DNA from: a virus
Virus record (IMG/VR): IMGVR_UViG_3300022413_000009
Span: 4,827-68,826 of that record
DNA length: 64,000 bases
Direction: 5' to 3' (one strand)
Program-made: the position numbers and the translations under genes
Shown: positions 9,979-18,571 of the stretch, piece after piece
How the letters are laid out: each line of letters opens with the position of its first letter
Position numbering within the stretch: the first letter of the stretch is position 1
Notes under the pieces: generated by a model
Databases searched by the model: none
What the model was told of the DNA's origin: nothing
The model's input: the letters and a program-made list of their open reading frames with translations, nothing else

Positions 9979-10647
9979 CTAATGCTTCGTGGTGTTGGTG
10001 CCATCGGCATCGTCCATCAGCGCCACAGTCTCGCGGATTAGACGAGCAGCCTCTTCGGCCCCCATTGCAGTACCTTCACCTTTGAGGATGCCTAGGTATT
10101 CAGCCAACCGGTCCACGGCCTTGTCGGCGTCACGCATCTCGATAGACACGTTCTGGCCGTTGTTGTTGTTCGTGATAGAGATTTTCTTGACACGAGCCTT
10201 CTGTTCTTTGGTCAGTTCGCTGGGGCCTTTCGCCACCAGGACGCGGGGGCCTTGTTCGTCCATCACGACTTGGCCAGCCTCATTTCTGATTATCTCGCCG
10301 TCATTATCGGTTAGGGGACGGACGAATTCTTCTTTGACGTAGTCATAAGCGTCGCCCTCGGTCCAGAGCCTCCACTTCGCGATTATACTTTCTTCGGCGA
10401 GCCCCTCTTTCCGTAGAAGGTCGCGGAGCAATTTCTGAATCGCTTTTCGAATAGGCGCCTGAGTGAGTAAATGAGGGCCGTAAGCCTCACCCGTAGATTC
10501 GGCGAAGCCGGCCTTCTCCGCAGCCGCCTTGGCGTCACCGCCATTATGCACGTAGAAACGAACGAATTTGTGGCGTTTGAGTGTCCAGCGAAAACCTGGC
10601 TCGTTGACATCTTCTACAGATAGAAAATTTTGTGCGTTTTCTTCCAC
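9979..10647 (-). CDS. terS: Putative terminase small subunit
   Basis: 222 aa immediately upstream of terL, basic/helical N-terminus consistent with DNA-binding; no database confirmation. Confidence 0.45.
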   Translation of the reverse strand: MEENAQNFLSVEDVNEPGFRWTLKRHKFVRFYVHNGGDAKAAAEKAGFAESTGEAYGPHLLTQAPIRKAIQKLLRDLLRKEGLAEESIIAKWRLWTEGDAYDYVKEEFVRPLTDNDGEIIRNEAGQVVMDEQGPRVLVAKGPSELTKEQKARVKKISITNNNNGQNVSIEMRDADKAVDRLAEYLGILKGEGTAMGAEEAARLIRETVALMDDADGTNTTKH

Positions 10648-10699
10648 GACCTTGATTCCCTCATAGGTAGCCTTCCCGACATGAGCGAACTATAACATC

Positions 10700-11046
10700 G
10701 ACGACAGGGAAATGCGGCTTGAGCAGAGCCGTAGGGTCTATATACGCACAAGAAGCCAAAAATTTTTTTTTATTTTTTGATTTTGGCGGCTCGCGATGTA
10801 AAGTCTCACCCTGTTTTCGACATGATTTAGGGTGCGTAGGGTCGATAATCTGCTATGAAATCAGGCTCAACATCTTATCATCATTATTGTGTAGGGTCGT
10901 AGGGTCGATATCAGCGTTTTTCAATTTATTTTCAAACCCAACAGAGTTTTTGAAAAACACCCTACAACCCTAACCCATTGATTGTATCATAATACATCGA
11001 GAAGTTCAATTCCGTAGGGCCTACACCACCCTACACCACCCTACGG
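10700..11046. repeat. AT-rich intergenic module with about 8 GTAGGGT iterons (direct and inverted), copy 1 of 2
   Basis: Contains GTAGGGTCGTAGGGTCGAT, its inverted partner CACCCTACAACCCTAACCCATTGATT, CCCTACACCACCCTACACCACCCTACGG and a poly(A)/poly(T) tract; near-identical blocks recur at 58540-58860. Confidence 0.7.
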
Positions 11047-11406
11047 CTAGAAAAGTCGTGACAGGTGGTTTTCGTAGATCGAGATATCCTTAATCCTACC
11101 TCTTTCCATGTCGCCCAAGTCGTAAGTCGCCACCCCCAGTTCCCGGGCGATGGTACTCAGCTTGAGGCCAAGGCGATGTCGAACAATGCTCAAGAACACC
11201 CAGTCAGGTATGTCAATCTTTCGCATCGTCTGGAACTCCCTTTCAATTAGAATATTGACAGGCAGTTTACCATTCTCCATCTTTGAGATAGCTGTCTGGT
11301 GGAAGCCGTAATCACGAGCGATTTGCGCCTGTGACTTGAGCTCTTTGCGCCTCCAGGCGAACATCATCTCATTCTGTTTGAGCGTAAGGCGGCGTCGCAG
11401 CTTCAT
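11047..11406 (-). CDS. XRE-family helix-turn-helix transcriptional regulator (two HTH units)
   Basis: 119 aa with two HTH-like segments SQAQIARDYGFHQTAISKMENGK and LSTIARELGVATYDLGDMERG. Confidence 0.55.
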   Translation of the reverse strand: MKLRRRLTLKQNEMMFAWRRKELKSQAQIARDYGFHQTAISKMENGKLPVNILIEREFQTMRKIDIPDWVFLSIVRHRLGLKLSTIARELGVATYDLGDMERGRIKDISIYENHLSRLF

Positions 11407-11635
11407 CTCTTAGTTTCTCCTCTAACCTATCCCAGAACGGTTTAGCCATCTTGGTGAAATACTCACCATCCGGTGGTCCGTTCAACGGCTTCCATTCTAC
11501 TACTGGAATCTCCTCCCCACTAATCTTCAAGTCTCCCAACCACAATGTGCCATCATCCATGACACCTAAAATCAAGTCCTGCCTAATCTCTCCGATAGAT
11601 TGAGTCAGCGTTGAAACCTGGACGACTTGCCTCAT
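11369..11635 (-). CDS. Hypothetical protein
   Basis: 88 aa ORF in early-gene series. Confidence 0.3.
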   Translation of the reverse strand: MRQVVQVSTLTQSIGEIRQDLILGVMDDGTLWLGDLKISGEEIPVVEWKPLNGPPDGEYFTKMAKPFWDRLEEKLRDEAATPPYAQTE

Positions 11636-11892
11636 GACTCTTCCTCCGGTGGCGGTCCTGGACCACCTCTACCTGAATCAATCAATGCCTCGATGCCAAC
11701 GTGCAACATCCCGACATGCTTCAAATTCGATCCGCTTGTCCAGTATGTCTGGACATAATCATTCTCGTCTAAGAAGACGACAACCATCTCCTTGCACCTC
11801 TTCAGCTTTGGTTCAAGCTCAAGGATCATCTGTTCAGGATTGAACCGATTACCGAAGACGCCTACCTCCACATTGTCAGTCTTCATGCCCAC
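11632..11892 (-). CDS. Hypothetical protein
   Basis: 86 aa ORF, start/stop coupled to neighbours. Confidence 0.3.
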   Translation of the reverse strand: MGMKTDNVEVGVFGNRFNPEQMILELEPKLKRCKEMVVVFLDENDYVQTYWTSGSNLKHVGMLHVGIEALIDSGRGGPGPPPEEES

Positions 11893-12125
11893 TCTGTTGA
11901 ACCTCTCTTGTAGTCACCTGGCATCCAGCCTTCCTGTGCGTCGCGGTAATCAAGCGTCAACATCGCCTGGTAGCATTCGGGATGCTCATGACCGTAGACA
12001 AAATCTCCTTCCCATTTGTAGACACGGTATTGAGCCTTCTCACCTATGTCGATCCATTCACCACACCAACCGCAGACATGCATCTTCGCGCAGATGACTT
12101 CTTTATTCTTGAGTTCAAATCCCAT
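11883..12125 (-). CDS. Small Cys/His-rich putative zinc-binding protein
   Basis: 80 aa with CGWCGEW...HEHPEC pattern. Confidence 0.35.
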   Translation of the reverse strand: MGFELKNKEVICAKMHVCGWCGEWIDIGEKAQYRVYKWEGDFVYGHEHPECYQAMLTLDYRDAQEGWMPGDYKRGSTEWA

Positions 12126-12128
12126 GCT

Positions 12129-12374
12129 TCACCCCATCTCAAACCAGACGATATGAGACCATACTGTGTCGACCTTTTTTCTGGCCAGCAGACTAGGATA
12201 AACAAATCGGCCGACGAGCATCTCAGTGCCGTTGGAATACAAACCAAAGCCCTTGGTGTCGTTTATCTCACCTGTCGTGACAGCGTCACACCAGTCGCGC
12301 ATCGTCATGATGTGGCCTGCAGAGCGTGATGCTGAGCAGATCTGGCCAAAGGCGAGCATGTATTCCTTGCTCAC
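12129..12374 (-). CDS. Hypothetical protein
   Basis: 81 aa ORF. Confidence 0.3.
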   Translation of the reverse strand: MSKEYMLAFGQICSASRSAGHIMTMRDWCDAVTTGEINDTKGFGLYSNGTEMLVGRFVYPSLLARKKVDTVWSHIVWFEMG

Positions 12375-12631
12375 GATTCAGCCCAGCCGTTGATAATCTC
12401 ACGCAGGCGCTTTGTCTTTGGACCTTCTTCAGGGACAGGTTCCTCCGCGCCCCAGAAAGAACGAATAGACGCCGTGGGGTCAATGCCTAGAATTCGATAA
12501 TTATCCGCAGCAGACGAGTCCACCATATACTTGCAGATATCGAACATCTCGTCATATGCCATGAGCTTCGCCCGCAAGGAGACAACCTCCATGCGGAGTT
12601 CGCGGTCACTCATCTTTGCCGTGTCCTTCAT
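12371..12631 (-). CDS. Hypothetical protein
   Basis: 86 aa ORF. Confidence 0.3.
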   Translation of the reverse strand: MKDTAKMSDRELRMEVVSLRAKLMAYDEMFDICKYMVDSSAADNYRILGIDPTASIRSFWGAEEPVPEEGPKTKRLREIINGWAES

Positions 12632-12834
12632 GCTGCCTCCTTCGCGACAAGCTCAATGCCACCGCGATTCCGTATGTTGTGGTCCGCACATCCGTCACAC
12701 ATGACGTAGACATTGCGGCCATCGTTCTGGTGGAACACCACCTTGGCACCAGGCCTTCCGCAAGGGACTGGTTCACCATTGATGCAGATCCCCATCATGT
12801 TAGCCTCTTGGCACTGACACTTGCTCAAATCCAT
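12628..12834 (-). CDS. Small Cys-rich putative zinc-ribbon protein
   Basis: 68 aa with CQCQ...C...CGRPG...CDGCADH spacing. Confidence 0.3.
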   Translation of the reverse strand: MDLSKCQCQEANMMGICINGEPVPCGRPGAKVVFHQNDGRNVYVMCDGCADHNIRNRGGIELVAKEAA

Positions 12835-12879
12835 CTCAATCTCCCGTTGGAGGAACGTGTTCGCGGCGTCAATCGTCGG

Positions 12880-13125
12880 TCACTTGGTAGTGGTGCTCCG
12901 GAAAAAGGTCCCTACGAAGCCAAGCGCGGCCCCTAACTCAAAGTTCGTGCAAGTGAGTCCCATCCAGCCTTTGAGCACGACAAAGGTATCATTGAACACC
13001 CAGCCAACAACCGCGCCGGCGATACCGCCAACCAAAGTCGATAGGATCAGTACCACGAATATCAGCATAGAACCACCTACTGCGGCGAATATCGCTTTCG
13101 CAAAATCATATGTCGTCATCTTCAA
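12880..13125 (-). CDS. Small membrane protein (2 predicted TM helices)
   Basis: 81 aa, hydrophobic stretches AIFAAVGGSMLIFVVLILSTLVGGIAGAVVGWVF. Confidence 0.35.
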   Translation of the reverse strand: MKMTTYDFAKAIFAAVGGSMLIFVVLILSTLVGGIAGAVVGWVFNDTFVVLKGWMGLTCTNFELGAALGFVGTFFRSTTTK

Positions 13126-13697
13126 CTCCTGTCCTTGTTAGTCATCCGTCTCTTAGTCCGATGCATCAAATGATCACCAGGCATGCGGAACGGCTTGTCT
13201 CTCAATTTCTTGTATCGTCCGATAATCGTCCAGCGAACGCGGTCTGTGTTCACACGCGCCAGTTCCATTTCGTACCCGTTCAACTCAGCGAACTGCTCGT
13301 ACCACGGCAGCCTTGGCTGGTAGAATCCATGCTGCTCCCATTGCCCTGGGGCAGGCATGCAGAACACGAGTCTTCCCCCAACACGGATGAATCGGTGTAC
13401 GTTCGCCCAGCAGGCCTCCTGGTTAGTGACGTGCTCGGTGAAGCCAAAGTTCGTCACCCAGTCAAAGGGCCCTGGTGGATTGAAGTCGGTTACCGGGTCG
13501 AGGGCGAAGTTCATGTCGTACTTGAGCGCCCCATCACTACCGTTCCAATCAAGGCTCTGGTAATAAATCAACGGACCGTAGAGCTTACGATAAGGAACCC
13601 CGTCCTTGTCGGTCTTGTTACCAAGCTCGAGCAGGTTGTCGCCCTCCTCAAGCAGGCCGCCAAAGGTCTCAATCTCGTCTGGGGGTATCCCTTTCAT
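13122..13697 (-). CDS. Hypothetical protein, weak resemblance to SAM-dependent methyltransferase core
   Basis: 191 aa; RFIRVGGRLVF resembles MTase motif IV/post-I region; weak. Confidence 0.25.
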   Translation of the reverse strand: MKGIPPDEIETFGGLLEEGDNLLELGNKTDKDGVPYRKLYGPLIYYQSLDWNGSDGALKYDMNFALDPVTDFNPPGPFDWVTNFGFTEHVTNQEACWANVHRFIRVGGRLVFCMPAPGQWEQHGFYQPRLPWYEQFAELNGYEMELARVNTDRVRWTIIGRYKKLRDKPFRMPGDHLMHRTKRRMTNKDRS

Positions 13698-13993
13698 GCC
13701 ACCACCACATCCTTAAGAAAACTCTCGTGTACCGTGCCAATGGAATGCTCATGGCACAGGTGGAAAAATTTAGACATCAGCAGGTAGTCCTCCGGCACCC
13801 AGCGGCAGAAGTTGAAGCCCTCGCCATCCTTATCAGGGGCCGTCATTTGCTTCGTCTTTGGGTCATAGTCAAAGACTACGACACCTCGGAAGATGTACTT
13901 CATGGCATTGGCAATGTGTGGACGAAATGGTCGTCGTCTTTGACTGACATCGCATGAAGAAATTTCTGCATCGCATCCTCCGAGCAGGGACAT
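13694..13993 (-). CDS. Hypothetical protein
   Basis: 99 aa ORF. Confidence 0.3.
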   Translation of the reverse strand: MSLLGGCDAEISSCDVSQRRRPFRPHIANAMKYIFRGVVVFDYDPKTKQMTAPDKDGEGFNFCRWVPEDYLLMSKFFHLCHEHSIGTVHESFLKDVVVA

Positions 13994-14124
13994 TTAACCG
14001 ACTTCCCATTGCTTAGGGTTATGATCGATTCACCATTCACCTGCTCAATAGACACGATGTGTTCGACATTGATGTCGAAATTATTCCCATCTTTGCCGAC
14101 TATCCTAAGTAGATGCATCGCCAT
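13900..14124 (-). CDS. Hypothetical protein
   Basis: 74 aa ORF overlapping neighbour by about 90 nt; start likely internal. Confidence 0.25.
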   Translation of the reverse strand: MAMHLLRIVGKDGNNFDINVEHIVSIEQVNGESIITLSNGKSVKCPCSEDAMQKFLHAMSVKDDDHFVHTLPMP

Positions 14125-14135
14125 TCTCTCCTCCT

Positions 14136-14366
14136 TTAGCGTTCACGTCCTACCCCCATACAGTTTTCCCACTCGTGGTTGGGCGGGTACTCATCCGTCT
14201 CCGGATTCCATTCGCCAGGATCATCACGCAGATATTTCTGGCATTTGGCTGGCCGTTCAAGCCGCACTGGCTCTTCTAGAAAATGACTTTCCACCAGTGT
14301 CTCATACGTCGTCGAATTGCACGACGACAAGAACAGGAAGGCGATAAGAGCTAGTGTCTTGCTCAT
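14136..14366 (-). CDS. Small lipoprotein
   Basis: 76 aa, signal peptide with lipobox LFLSSC. Confidence 0.4.
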   Translation of the reverse strand: MSKTLALIAFLFLSSCNSTTYETLVESHFLEEPVRLERPAKCQKYLRDDPGEWNPETDEYPPNHEWENCMGVGRER

Positions 14367-14498
14367 AAGTCGTCAAGACAATCCAGACAGTTCTGGATCT
14401 CCTCCATCAATTCGTTCAAGTCTTGTCGCGTCTCCGACTGTGGCTTATTGGTGTCGCTGAAGACTTCGTTGATTGCCTGTTTTGCTCTTTCGACTTTG

Positions 14499-15107
14499 TC
14501 ACTCATGGACTACTCCTACCGCGGCGAAACGCTCTTTACCAAGCCACTCAACATTCTTGCCAGTATCCCTTTGCCACTCTTCGACGGCTCGCCATTCATG
14601 GTCTTCAAAATATCGGTAACCGATAAGCTCGTCAAAGACGAGAAGACTTCCTTCCCTGAGGAAAGGGTCGCAACCATATAATACCTGCCGAGTTGAGGAA
14701 TATACATCACAGTCCAGGTTAACGAACCCGAGCTGCTCGGGGAATGCGTAGGGCAATGTGTCTTCAAACCAACCGTCTGTGATAACCATTCTGTTATCGA
14801 GGGTCTTGAGCTTGGGGAACTTCCAAGAGCCGGGCCTATGACTTTTGCTAGGACTGAGGACCCATTCATCCGGGATGCCTTGCCACGAGTCGAAGAGGAA
14901 GAATTGTCCGTCATCGTCTAAAAGTTCCGCGATTTTTCGAGAAGATCGTCCACAACCGACTCCAAATTCGGCCCAAGTTTGGGTGGGAGCTTTCTCGGCA
15001 GCGATCCGATAAAGTGTCTCGGTCTCACGAAACCTTCTGGTGGAATGATCGGGGATTCCAGCAAGGGCCGCGGGGCAATACTTCCTTGAGTAGGATCTTT
15101 CTGACAT
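14499..15107 (-). CDS. Class I SAM-dependent O-methyltransferase, TylF/MycF (macrocin-O-MT) family
   Basis: 202 aa; motif I EFGVGCGRSS and the LDCDVYSST motif characteristic of TylF-family MTases. Confidence 0.5.
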   Translation of the reverse strand: MSERSYSRKYCPAALAGIPDHSTRRFRETETLYRIAAEKAPTQTWAEFGVGCGRSSRKIAELLDDDGQFFLFDSWQGIPDEWVLSPSKSHRPGSWKFPKLKTLDNRMVITDGWFEDTLPYAFPEQLGFVNLDCDVYSSTRQVLYGCDPFLREGSLLVFDELIGYRYFEDHEWRAVEEWQRDTGKNVEWLGKERFAAVGVVHE

Positions 15108-15122
15108 TTCTTTCTCTCCTTT

Positions 15123-15554
15123 CTAGAGTTCACGGGCGATCCTCATATAGTTCGCCAGTTCATTGTATTTCAGTCTCTTCCACCAAACGGCACCCTCAGC
15201 CGCGAGTACCAACTCGGTCCGATTGAGTTCTCCAACCGTTTGGCAGGCTTCATGATCAAACAGAAGGTGATCCCCACCAATCTGGAGCAGAAGCCAAGTG
15301 TTGCCCCCCGCTTTCCCCTTGTCAGCGAGAAAGGCTTTCTGTTCAATAGTATAATGCGGGATCCTAATAATGGTACTCTCACGCACGGGCCAGTCTGCCA
15401 CCCATTTGAGCTCCACCCAACCATGTCTGCCCTCTTGGACGAAAGATACGTCGGCAATACCACGTTGAATCTTATCTTCATGTCGTGTAGCCTCCTGCCA
15501 ATACTCAGTCACCATGTTCGTCCTGAGCTTGGACCATAGGTTTCCCTCACTCAT
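15123..15554 (-). CDS. Hypothetical protein
   Basis: 143 aa ORF. Confidence 0.3.
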   Translation of the reverse strand: MSEGNLWSKLRTNMVTEYWQEATRHEDKIQRGIADVSFVQEGRHGWVELKWVADWPVRESTIIRIPHYTIEQKAFLADKGKAGGNTWLLLQIGGDHLLFDHEACQTVGELNRTELVLAAEGAVWWKRLKYNELANYMRIAREL

Positions 15555-15822
15555 CTTTGAAGCCTTCCGTCGCCCTCAACATACACTGATCCTTCAGTAT
15601 GTCAGTCAAGAAGGAGACCCTCTGCAGGGCGTGTCCCATGTCAGCCGACCATCCCGCCTGTGCAATGCCGTTCTTCCGTATGACACCAATCACAATGAAG
15701 TCGATGTCGTCTACATCTTCCATCATTTCATGGATGAGGACTTTTGGGTTGTACGACCCTGGCGTGCCTAGCGCGACTACCTTGTCTTTGTCATCGGCCA
15801 ATGTCAGCGACCTCCTCTTCAA
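15547..15822 (-). CDS. Hypothetical protein
   Basis: 91 aa ORF. Confidence 0.25.
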   Translation of the reverse strand: MKRRSLTLADDKDKVVALGTPGSYNPKVLIHEMMEDVDDIDFIVIGVIRKNGIAQAGWSADMGHALQRVSFLTDILKDQCMLRATEGFKDE

Positions 15823-16345
15823 CGTCCACTACCTTGGGACTCTCGAATTCATACTTGACGTGAGTGATTACCTCAAACGTCTCATCACATTCGTTACACC
15901 AGAAGTCGTGTGGCCCGTCGGCATAGAGCTCGTAATTGTCGTCGCCGGGACACAATTGGGTCACCCTGCAATGCGGACAACGAACGAGACTCTCGTGATA
16001 GACGGACTCATTCAAGTCATTCTCGAGGCACTTGCAGGAATGACACTTCTGCCGACCTTCTGTCTTTTTGCCGAACAGGTTGATGTTCAGGATGTAGGCG
16101 TCACACTCATAACATCGGTTCCCGGATGCTATCTCAGCCTCGCGGTATCCGGCCCAATCAATCTTGCCGTCTATGTCTTGGAAATCACTAATCTTTGCCA
16201 TCAGTCTCTTCCTCGTAATCCTTTCCGGCCTTTTCGAACATGCCCTCGAATATTCCTTCGATGTTTTCGCGAGCCCCGTGCAGTGAGCACCTAATCGATT
16301 CGAACGCCACCCAGGCCTTCTCCTCGCCAGTGCTCTTGTCATCAT
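15791..16345 (-). CDS. Cys-rich multi-zinc-finger protein
   Basis: 184 aa with repeated CxxC pairs (CYECD, CHSCKC, CPHC, CNECD). Confidence 0.35.
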   Translation of the reverse strand: MMTRALARRRPGWRSNRLGAHCTGLAKTSKEYSRACSKRPERITRKRLMAKISDFQDIDGKIDWAGYREAEIASGNRCYECDAYILNINLFGKKTEGRQKCHSCKCLENDLNESVYHESLVRCPHCRVTQLCPGDDNYELYADGPHDFWCNECDETFEVITHVKYEFESPKVVDVEEEVADIGR

Positions 16346-16505
16346 CTGCGAACGTCAGTTCGAATCCTAGACGTAGTGTCGGATCCATAGCTCGGCAGCT
16401 GATGTAATATCCCATCTCCTCATTGTGCCACAGGAAGACGAGTACCTGCCTATCGTCAAACAACCAGGCACAGGCGAATTGGGCTTTCTTGTCACGCTCT
16501 TTCAT
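16188..16505 (-). CDS. Hypothetical acidic protein
   Basis: 105 aa ORF overlapping 15791..16345; start likely internal. Confidence 0.25.
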   Translation of the reverse strand: MKERDKKAQFACAWLFDDRQVLVFLWHNEEMGYYISCRAMDPTLRLGFELTFADDDKSTGEEKAWVAFESIRCSLHGARENIEGIFEGMFEKAGKDYEEETDGKD

Positions 16506-16661
16506 TTGATACTCATCCTTTCAAATCGTTCAATTAACTCTTTCTTCTCCTCAGGTGACCATGTGTCGTTGGATAGGATAACTTCTTTCGTCTCTTCCTT
16601 TCCGTATATGCAGGCCAGCACGACTATCTTGTACCAGACCTCATCGACAATTTTCTTGGTG

Positions 16662-17012
16662 TCAGTTCTCAATGAACTTCATCCTTATCAATCGCCTGTG
16701 GAGCATCGTGCCTTTCACAATCTCCATGTCACCCTTGTTCTCGAAGAAATACTCCATCGCTTTGATGGCGTGTTTGAACCTCATGCCAAGCCCGTTGTCC
16801 TGTTTACAAGGAGGCCAGACGATCCTAGTTCCCTTCTGAACTCTTGTGCCTGTGTGGGAGTTGAAGACCATCCTATCGAAATAGGTGTACTGGTAGAGCG
16901 TGAACTCACCATTCGCAAGTCTCTTGGGACGTACGTCAATCTCGATTACTTTTGGCTCAGTCACTTGGATCAAACTCCCTAGGGCGACTATGCCCCGACA
17001 ATAATTCTTCAA
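16662..17012 (-). CDS. Hypothetical protein
   Basis: 116 aa ORF. Confidence 0.3.
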   Translation of the reverse strand: MKNYCRGIVALGSLIQVTEPKVIEIDVRPKRLANGEFTLYQYTYFDRMVFNSHTGTRVQKGTRIVWPPCKQDNGLGMRFKHAIKAMEYFFENKGDMEIVKGTMLHRRLIRMKFIEN

Positions 17013-17153
17013 TCTTACTGGCGCCGAACGTCAGCAAGACTGCCTCCGCGGCGAACCGTAGCCCCAATCCATCAGGGAAAGGGGCATCGTGAGCCTCCTG
17101 CCATAGCCACTGTATCTCCTCAGCGGTGAGTTCGATTTCTCCATTCTCACGCT

Positions 17154-17750
17154 TCACTTATTCCTCGCAAGAAGGACACGCTTCTCGATCTCAGCGAAGT
17201 CCATGCCGTAGGTCACAGGCACGACACGCTCACGGTGGATCCTATCAAGTGCCTGGTATTCCTTGAGATTGTTTATCGGGTGAGATGGCGTGCCAAATGG
17301 ATACGGTACGGATCCTCTAAGTTCACCACCATACAGATATGCGAATGTCCGTCGCTTAGCCTCAGCTCGTGTGATGCCATAGATGTCAGCGATACCACGA
17401 TAGTAGTCACCGTCTTCCTTGAACTTGATGAAGACTATCCGTTGAATGAATACTCCAGGGGAGAGTTCCTCACCGCCGACAATATGATCCAACTCAAACT
17501 CACTGGTTCGATTTGTCGGGAACCAACGATGATGAGCGCCATTGGGAGCCATATTGTCAATGACCACGTATTCAGCATTCGGATACGCCCTAAACGCCTC
17601 TTCAAGAGACGATACTTCCATAGTTCTCCGGAAGCTTCTCTCTGCCCACCATTCGCGAGCAGACCATCCCATGTAGGCTCCACTGGCGGTTCCCGCCAAG
17701 AAGAACTTGATGGCATCGCGCCTACTCATCAATGCGACTTTCTTTGTCAT
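17154..17750 (-). CDS. Secreted protein with twin-arginine (Tat) signal peptide
   Basis: 198 aa; N-terminus MTKKVALMSRRDAIKFFLAGTASGAYMGWSA matches S-R-R-x-F-L-K Tat consensus with h-region and AxA-like site. Confidence 0.5.
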   Translation of the reverse strand: MTKKVALMSRRDAIKFFLAGTASGAYMGWSAREWWAERSFRRTMEVSSLEEAFRAYPNAEYVVIDNMAPNGAHHRWFPTNRTSEFELDHIVGGEELSPGVFIQRIVFIKFKEDGDYYRGIADIYGITRAEAKRRTFAYLYGGELRGSVPYPFGTPSHPINNLKEYQALDRIHRERVVPVTYGMDFAEIEKRVLLARNK

Positions 17751-18571
17751 GCCTTCCTCCTAATCGGTTCGCCGTCATACTTGCCCCAAATCTGGTTGGG
17801 CGGCATCTCATATACATCCGGCCATGTCAATGCGTAGGCCTCGGCCTTAGTGTTTCCCATCCGCTGCCAAGCCTCTACCTGATGCACGAAATCGTCTTCA
17901 CCCGGCAGTACCGTATGGTCCTTCGGGTTGAACAACGGCCAGCGCACCGCGCCAGATCGGAAGTGATCCGTAATCCCAAAGTCATTGGCACTACCATAAG
18001 ACCGCCCTTTGGCGTCGACTATCTCTAGCTGACTGAAGGGAAATTCGTTGTCAATGAGCACCGGCATGTTGATTGGAGCCTTGCCTAGCGGTGCCAGTTC
18101 ACCATTGCCGACCTTCGCGAAGAAATCTTGGTTGTTGAGTGCGACACTGTCGTCTGGCCCAAGCGAAATCATTCCCATCAGGTGCTCACGCTCGTTGAGC
18201 TGTATGCTGCCGTTCTGGATATTGCCCCAGCCAGCAGGATCAATCTCATAGTCATGCTTCATCTCCATGTACTCAGGAGTGACAGCCACCATCGGGAACG
18301 GAAATGCGATTGCGTCTGAATCGCTCTTCCAATGCTCCTTCAGGAATGAGTAGAGTTCTTGCACGGTACATCCGTTGGCGTCAACCACGATGCCAAATTC
18401 CTTGTGGAATATACGTATGCCTTCCGCACCCGCCTCCTCGACAAGCGGCAATGCCCTCGCGATTTGACGATCATACGAAGTGAGCGCCCGCCCAACCGCA
18501 CTCGGAACAGACGCCAGAACTGCGGCGCTTCCCGTCAGTTTTAGGAACGAGCGTCTAGAGAGGTCGACCAT
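17747..18571 (-). CDS. Secreted protein with twin-arginine (Tat) signal peptide
   Basis: 274 aa; N-terminus MVDLSRRSFLKLTGSAAVLASVPSAVGRA is a textbook Tat signal. Confidence 0.55.
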   Translation of the reverse strand: MVDLSRRSFLKLTGSAAVLASVPSAVGRALTSYDRQIARALPLVEEAGAEGIRIFHKEFGIVVDANGCTVQELYSFLKEHWKSDSDAIAFPFPMVAVTPEYMEMKHDYEIDPAGWGNIQNGSIQLNEREHLMGMISLGPDDSVALNNQDFFAKVGNGELAPLGKAPINMPVLIDNEFPFSQLEIVDAKGRSYGSANDFGITDHFRSGAVRWPLFNPKDHTVLPGEDDFVHQVEAWQRMGNTKAEAYALTWPDVYEMPPNQIWGKYDGEPIRRKA

